This document shows, piece by piece, positions 26,719 to 32,000 of a stretch of DNA of 32,000 nucleotides. Below the pieces are notes generated by a model. It ran no database searches, had not been told where the DNA came from, and worked only from the letters and a program-made list of their open reading frames with translations. The stretch spans positions 600,001 to 632,000 of the forward strand of contig NC_017262.1 of the NCBI RefSeq assembly GCF_000175255.2. Direction: 5' to 3'. The stretch's first letter is position 1, and every line of letters starts with the position of its first letter. The position numbers were made by a program, and so were the translations under genes. This DNA is from Zymomonas mobilis subsp. mobilis ATCC 10988. GTDB taxonomy: Bacteria; Pseudomonadota; Alphaproteobacteria; Sphingomonadales; Sphingomonadaceae.

Positions 26719-27642
26719 ATGGCAAAAATCAATACTATTTTGGAAGCGATCGGGAATACGCCTCATCTGCGTCTCAATAAGCTGTTTCCTGACCATGAAG
26801 TATGGATAAAAGTCGAAAAGAGTAATCCCGGCGGCTCAATCAAAGACCGTATCGCCCTCGCGATGATCGAAGATGCCGAAAAAAGCGGCAAATTGAAAAA
26901 AGGGGGCGTGATTATCGAACCGACCAGCGGGAATACCGGAATCGGTCTCGCTATGGTCGCCGCGGTCAAAGGCTATAAATTGATTTTGGTTATGCCTGAA
27001 TCAATGTCGATTGAAAGACGGCGTTTGATGCTGGCCTATGGTGCCGAATTTGACCTAACACCGAAAGAAAAAGGCATGGCTGGTGCTATCGAGCGCGCCC
27101 GCCAATTGGCAGAAGAAACAGAAGGTGCTTGGATTCCCCAGCAATTTGAAAATCCAGCTAATATCAATATCCATGCCACCACAACAGGGCAGGAAATCTT
27201 GAAAGATTTCGCCGATACACCGATTGATGCCCTTGTCAGCGGCGTCGGCACTGGCGGCCACCTAACTGGCATCGGTGAAAGCCTCCGTAAAAAATGGCCG
27301 GATATTCAAATTTTCGCGGTTGAACCGGCGACTTCTCCGGTTTTGGCAGGCGGCAAACCGGGCGCACATGCTATTCAGGGCATTGGTGCTGGTTTCGTGC
27401 CGAAAAATTTACATCGCAATATTCTAAATGGCATCGTTGAAATCGAGAATGACGAAGCCAAAAAATGGGCATTGCGCGCCGCGAAAGAAGAAGGTCTGTT
27501 GGTCGGCATTTCAACGGGGGCAACGCTGGCCGCCATTGCCAAGAAAATCAAAGAATTACCGGCAAATAGCCGTATTCTCGGTGTTAATTATGATACCGGT
27601 GAAAGATATCTGTCGGTGCCGGATTTCTTACCGGAAGCCTGA
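26719..27642 (+). CDS. cysK: Cysteine synthase A (O-acetylserine sulfhydrylase)
   Basis: The 307-aa ORF has the PLP lysine context [23 protein letters not shown] and [10 protein letters not shown]. Confidence 0.95.
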   Translation: MAKINTILEAIGNTPHLRLNKLFPDHEVWIKVEKSNPGGSIKDRIALAMIEDAEKSGKLKKGGVIIEPTSGNTGIGLAMVAAVKGYKLILVMPESMSIERRRLMLAYGAEFDLTPKEKGMAGAIERARQLAEETEGAWIPQQFENPANINIHATTTGQEILKDFADTPIDALVSGVGTGGHLTGIGESLRKKWPDIQIFAVEPATSPVLAGGKPGAHAIQGIGAGFVPKNLHRNILNGIVEIENDEAKKWALRAAKEEGLLVGISTGATLAAIAKKIKELPANSRILGVNYDTGERYLSVPDFLPEA

Positions 27643-27680
27643 TACAGCCCCACTTCACACCATGCTATCGGGATTGTCTT

Positions 27681-28100
27681 TTAAGAAGGGCAATTCCCGA
27701 TACGGCGAACATCCGCTTTAAAGGCAAAAGGCATCCGCCCCGCAACGCCTTGACTATCAATGCGGGCGCTATGCCCATTATCAACATGGATAGTGGTGCG
27801 CGCCCATCCGGCCTCGCCACAACGATATTCCATAGTTGCCATATCCGGCTTGTTATCGACCACCAACGCATCACATTGGCCTGACGGAATGGCACTATGC
27901 ATCAACTGATGTGGATTACCGAGACAGACATCCGTCATGCCTTTCGGAAGCACAGAAATCCGCCATTCTCCACTTTCCAGCGAAGACAAAGCCATCGGTG
28001 TTGGTAAAGGGGGACTGGCGACAAGAGGCGACGCGACAGAAAGAACAGTGACGCATAATAACTTGCGAAGGGTCGAGCGTTTTACTCTAAAAACAGCCAT
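27681..28100 (-). CDS. Hypothetical exported protein with four Cys
   Basis: The 139-aa ORF has a signal-peptide-like N-terminus (KRSTLRKLLCVTVLSVASPLVASPP). I recognise no family motif. The overlapping ORF 27665-27895 is in another frame and is rejected. Confidence 0.55.
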   Translation of the reverse strand: MAVFRVKRSTLRKLLCVTVLSVASPLVASPPLPTPMALSSLESGEWRISVLPKGMTDVCLGNPHQLMHSAIPSGQCDALVVDNKPDMATMEYRCGEAGWARTTIHVDNGHSARIDSQGVAGRMPFAFKADVRRIGNCPS

Positions 28101-28203
28101 ATTTTTTCCGTCACTGAAGATAATTATTTTGCCGTTTTGTACAAAAAAACGATAAAATTGTTAATAAAACAAATATTATTTAGTGTTAAAGCGCGAGAAG
28201 GGA

Positions 28204-28737
28204 TCATTTGATCTCTTCATTGGGATCAACACCCCATAGATTGCGGCTATTGATATAGCCCGTCTGACCACGAATGTTAAATAGACACCAATTCTCACGA
28301 CATTTTGAAACACGACCAATCACACCATTTTCAGCCCGCCAGATAACGGACGCCGTTGCCGAAGGCTCTGCATATAAATTTTGGATACCAACACCATTCA
28401 AAATCGCGGTGCGCCTGTCAGAAAGTAAGGCCGAGGCAATCCATCCAGTTGCCCCGTCAATATCTTCCACTTTTCTCCAATTTTCATGACGGGCAACCAC
28501 TTTTACAGGCAAATCAGGCCGCTGGTAATGCCAAATCGCGGGATAATTCGCTCCGGGGCCACTCCGCATAAAGGCTTCACTGGCACTAATCGAAGCCCAA
28601 TAAGGCAGCGTTGTATGAATAACGGCGGCTGAAAGCGGCGATATAATAAAAAAAACGGGACAAAGACAAAAAATAAAAAATTGGGCGACAGCACAGAATA
28701 ATTTTCTTTTCCCTGACTGAAATACACGCACCATCAT
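28204..28737 (-). CDS. SH3-like domain protein (DUF1058 / COG3807 type), exported
   Basis: A hydrophobic N-terminus is followed by two bacterial SH3-like modules (MRSGPGANYPAIWHYQRPDLPVKVVARHENWRKVEDIDGATGWI and LYAEPSATASVIWRAENGVIGRVSKCRENWCLFNIRGQTGYI). Confidence 0.8.
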   Translation of the reverse strand: MMVRVFQSGKRKLFCAVAQFFIFCLCPVFFIISPLSAAVIHTTLPYWASISASEAFMRSGPGANYPAIWHYQRPDLPVKVVARHENWRKVEDIDGATGWIASALLSDRRTAILNGVGIQNLYAEPSATASVIWRAENGVIGRVSKCRENWCLFNIRGQTGYINSRNLWGVDPNEEIK

Positions 28738-29051
28738 ATCTGCCTAAGCCTAGCTGTTGTTCAGAATATCACTTGATAACCAAGACTATTCTTCAAATGG
28801 AACCGGAATAAACTGATAAAAAAAGAACGTCATCCGCCGAACAGGGCGTTATCCTTTTATTACCTCTAGATATAAAGCCCCAAAATCACGCGTTCATTTC
28901 ATCAGTCACGCTCTATATAGAGAAAAAATACCAAAATGAGAAAGCCTTAACATCTCTTATTCGCCATAAAAAAGGCTTCCCTTATCGAATTTATGCTGCT
29001 ACAGAGCCTCTTCCACATCGATTTGATTGATGACGATCGCATTTCTAAGCG

Positions 29052-29141
<90 letters not shown>

Positions 29142-29291
29142 ATCTTTATTATTCGTATTTAAATATAAATTTTTGTTTATTAAAATGATTATTGCCATCT
29201 TGATAGTAATTTTTCTATTAAGCTATCTATCTTTTGAAAAATTTATTTTATAAACAAAGATATTTCTATAATTTTTATAAAAGAATTAAAA

Positions 29292-30548
29292 ATGAGGATA
29301 CTTGTTGATAGTTTAAATTTATCTTTACCATTCGGTACAGGGATTACTACCTATACAAATAATTTTATTACAAACTCCGTGGAATGCGGCCATGAGATAG
29401 ATATTCTTCTTGGAAATAATACTTCTCATTTTGGCAATTGCTCTTCTCTGAATGAAATTTTATTTTTTAGTAATAAAAAAAAATCTACACTAGGCCCTAT
29501 ACAAAGATTTTATAGGGAAATTAAAACGTGCTTTGCTCCCAGAGTAAACGAAATTTCTTTTGTCAGAAGTCAAAATGACCTCCCTATTAATCATGCATGG
29601 CACATAAGACAGCTTTACAGAAGTGCAATGGCAGCCTTTAAACATTTCGGTCGATTTACTGAGTTAGATATCCCAGGAATTGATATTGCACATTGGACAT
29701 CTGCTATGCCAATCTGTATTCGCAATGCTATTAACGTATACACAATTCATGATATTGTTCCTTTATTGTACCCAGAATTTGTTTTAAATAATCATTTACT
29801 TTATAAAAAATTAATTTTTTCTATAGATAAAAAATCTGATTTTATATTAACAGTTTCTGAAAATTCAAGAAAAGATATAATATCGATACTAGGGTGTGAT
29901 AATAGTAAAGTAATAAATACTTATCAATCAATTGAAAATGGCTTTTGGAATAAACCATTTAAAAATGGAAAAGAAATTCCTGAAGGCTTAGAAGAAAAAA
30001 AATATTTTTTATTTTTTGGTGCAGTAGAGCCTAAAAAAAATATTGCTAGAATTATTGCTGCTCATAAAGAAAGTAAAACTAAACTACCATTAGTTCTTGT
30101 TGTTTCACAAGGGTGGGGATGTGATGATGTATGGGAAGAAATAAATAATTACTCTAATGATGGATCAAGGCGTTGTATTGTAATCAAATATTTACAACGA
30201 GATGATTTAATTAACATAATTTCGCATGCTAAAGCGCTCATTTTTCCTTCTTTATATGAAGGCTTTGGTTTACCAGCTCTCGAAGCTATGGCATTGGGAA
30301 CCCCCGTGGTTGGGTCAACAGAAGGCAGTCTTCCAGAAATTATTGGCCAAGCTGGAATATTAGTAAATCCTTTAAGTGTCGAAGAATTGAAAAATGCTAT
30401 AATACAGCTAGAATATAATCCAGAACTCACAAAAAAACTTATACAAGCAGGGAAAGATCGTGCGATCTTTTTCTCTAATAGCGCTTATTGTAAGCGTTTG
30501 TCTTCTGCCTTAGACCTTTGCAGTGCGAAATTACATAAATTAAAATAA
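29292..30548 (+). CDS. Glycosyltransferase, GT4/GT1-fold (family 1 glycosyl transferase)
   Basis: The 418-aa ORF has the C-terminal E-x7-E region FPSLYEGFGLPALEAMALGTPVVGS. It is very AT-rich: my spot count of the 60 nt starting at 29401 gives 17 G+C. Confidence 0.9.
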   Translation: MRILVDSLNLSLPFGTGITTYTNNFITNSVECGHEIDILLGNNTSHFGNCSSLNEILFFSNKKKSTLGPIQRFYREIKTCFAPRVNEISFVRSQNDLPINHAWHIRQLYRSAMAAFKHFGRFTELDIPGIDIAHWTSAMPICIRNAINVYTIHDIVPLLYPEFVLNNHLLYKKLIFSIDKKSDFILTVSENSRKDIISILGCDNSKVINTYQSIENGFWNKPFKNGKEIPEGLEEKKYFLFFGAVEPKKNIARIIAAHKESKTKLPLVLVVSQGWGCDDVWEEINNYSNDGSRRCIVIKYLQRDDLINIISHAKALIFPSLYEGFGLPALEAMALGTPVVGSTEGSLPEIIGQAGILVNPLSVEELKNAIIQLEYNPELTKKLIQAGKDRAIFFSNSAYCKRLSSALDLCSAKLHKLK

Positions 30549-30596
30549 AATAACATTAAAATTCAAAACTATTCATACAATAGAAAGGATTGTTTA

Positions 30597-31580
30597 ATGC
30601 GCTATCTTGTCACTGGCGGCGCAGGTTTTGTTGGAAGCCATACTGTTTTGGCTCTTCTAGATGCTGGCCACGAAGTTGTTGTTCTTGATAATTTAAGTAC
30701 TGGACACATCCAAGCTGTTCCTAAAAGTGTTGAATTTCATCATGTTGATTTACTAGACAAAACAGCCATAGCAAACGTAATCGCTAACCGTGCATGGGAT
30801 GGAGTTTTTCATTTTGCGGCACTTTCTCAAGTCGCAGAAAGCATGAGAAAACCATTAAAATACTTTTACCATAATTATCTTACAGCTTTTAATCTTATTC
30901 AGACTTGTATTGAAAATAACATAAATAAGCTGGTATTCTCTTCTACAGCTGCATTATTCGGGGGAGAGAATAGAGTTGATCCAATCTCCGAAACTGATCT
31001 CATTCAGCCAGGATCGCCATATGGCGAGAGTAAATACATGATCGAACGGATTCTATATTGGGCTGATAGAATATATCATTTGCACAGTGCATGTTTACGA
31101 TATTTTAATGCAGCTGGGGCAGATCACTTAGGGCGAGCTGGAGAAGATCATCGACCAGAAACACATCTTATTCCTTTAACAATAGATTCGGCTTTAGGAC
31201 GGCGACCTACATTAAAATTATTCGGAACTGACTATCCAACCCGAGACGGATCTTGTATCCGCGATTATGTTCATGTTTCTGATCTTGCAAACGCCCATTT
31301 ACGCGCAATTGATCAAATCAATGATCGGAGCGTTGTATATAACGTTGGGAATGGACAAGGATATTCTAATTTAGAAGTTATAGAGTCTGTCGAACGAGTA
31401 AGTGGTCAAAAAGTTTCATGGGAACCAGCCCCACGTCGACAAGGTGATCCTGCAGTATTAGTAGCAGATTCTACAGCTCTGCAAAAAGATACTGGCTGGA
31501 TGACAAATTTTGGCAGTATCGACAAAATTGTTGAAACAGCCTTATTATGGCGTGAAAAACATCCACAAGGATATATTTAA
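30597..31580 (+). CDS. galE: UDP-glucose 4-epimerase (SDR family)
   Basis: The 327-aa ORF has the Rossmann motif GGAGFVGSH, the catalytic YGESK, and RYFNAAGA and DYVHVSDLA typical of GalE. AGGA lies upstream of the ATG. Confidence 0.9.
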   Translation: MRYLVTGGAGFVGSHTVLALLDAGHEVVVLDNLSTGHIQAVPKSVEFHHVDLLDKTAIANVIANRAWDGVFHFAALSQVAESMRKPLKYFYHNYLTAFNLIQTCIENNINKLVFSSTAALFGGENRVDPISETDLIQPGSPYGESKYMIERILYWADRIYHLHSACLRYFNAAGADHLGRAGEDHRPETHLIPLTIDSALGRRPTLKLFGTDYPTRDGSCIRDYVHVSDLANAHLRAIDQINDRSVVYNVGNGQGYSNLEVIESVERVSGQKVSWEPAPRRQGDPAVLVADSTALQKDTGWMTNFGSIDKIVETALLWREKHPQGYI

Positions 31581-31666
31581 GATAAATCTTATAATAAATT
31601 ATAATAGTATTAATTTTTACAACAATTGATGGATTCTATTGTCATCAATAAAGGTATCTTTTAAAA

Positions 31667-31948
31667 ATGAGCGATCTAAAAGAAAAATTAGATTTTTCAA
31701 TATATCGAGATAAAAATACGCCTACATTGTTAGCGTATAAAGATTTAGAAAATTCTTTTATTACTTTTTACCAAAGAAATCTTCGACTAAAAAGTTCTCT
31801 TTCGTGGAAAATTACTTTCCCAATAAGAAGAATTCGTCAGTTTGTCTATCGCTGGAGAGATCGTTTCAGTAAATTATTTTTAGCCTTCCAGCATAATTGT
31901 ATTATAATAGGTTGCAAAAAAAAAAGTTATCTCGCTTTCGTGGGCTAA
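31667..31948 (+). CDS. Hypothetical protein (93 aa), weakly supported
   Basis: The AT-rich ORF follows galE on the same strand. The only notable segment is SLSWKITFPIRRIR. It could be spurious or a gene fragment. Confidence 0.3.
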   Translation: MSDLKEKLDFSIYRDKNTPTLLAYKDLENSFITFYQRNLRLKSSLSWKITFPIRRIRQFVYRWRDRFSKLFLAFQHNCIIIGCKKKSYLAFVG

Positions 31949-32000
31949 CTAAAATTGATTTAGCTTACCATAATTGGCGACAAAATAATCCATTGCCTCG

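Noticed and set aside
24095-27642. The idea that the JAMM protein and cysK form a CysO/Mec-type sulfur-carrier cysteine pathway.
   Set aside because: The two genes are separated by rluD and rpoH and lie on different strands. No ThiS/MoaD-like small ORF ending in GG is present. The CysK looks like ordinary O-acetylserine sulfhydrylase A.

Overview
The window looks like a mostly ordinary core-chromosome segment of an alphaproteobacterium. ChpT, GlnD, RpoH, a DUF1058-type SH3 protein and a COG3963 methyltransferase point that way, and composition and gene content would fit a Sphingomonadales/Zymomonas-like genome. That taxonomic guess is inference and was not verified. I can support about 31 protein genes, one tRNA and several intrinsic terminators. 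From left to right: a 3'-truncated RND efflux permease (missing from the ORF track because it runs off the left edge), a YcbL/GloC-like MBL hydrolase, a phospholipid-N-methyltransferase-like gene, a GcvA-like LysR regulator and a cyclophilin. Then mgtE, mnmA, a large porin-like outer-membrane protein, glnD, thrS, an alpha/beta hydrolase, a TPR protein, gloA and gloB. Then an isochorismatase-family hydrolase, two paralogous 43-44-residue helical-repeat proteins, an SCP2 protein, grxC, chpT, a JAMM/MPN protein, rluD, rpoH, cysK and two exported proteins. tRNA-Ser(UGA) follows, and after it comes a sharply AT-rich glycosyltransferase/galE polysaccharide segment. I found no CRISPR array, transposase, integrase, prophage or recognisable defence system. 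Three things deserve a second look. First, an orphan promoter-to-terminator unit at about 3637-3766 may be a small RNA, lying divergent from the LysR gene among phased GCAATTGC palindromes. Second, an isochorismatase gene is translationally coupled to a tandem pair of unusual 43-aa repeat proteins. Third, the composition breaks exactly at the 3' end of tRNA-Ser. None of these is proven to be a novel system, and all functional calls rest on by-eye motif recognition.
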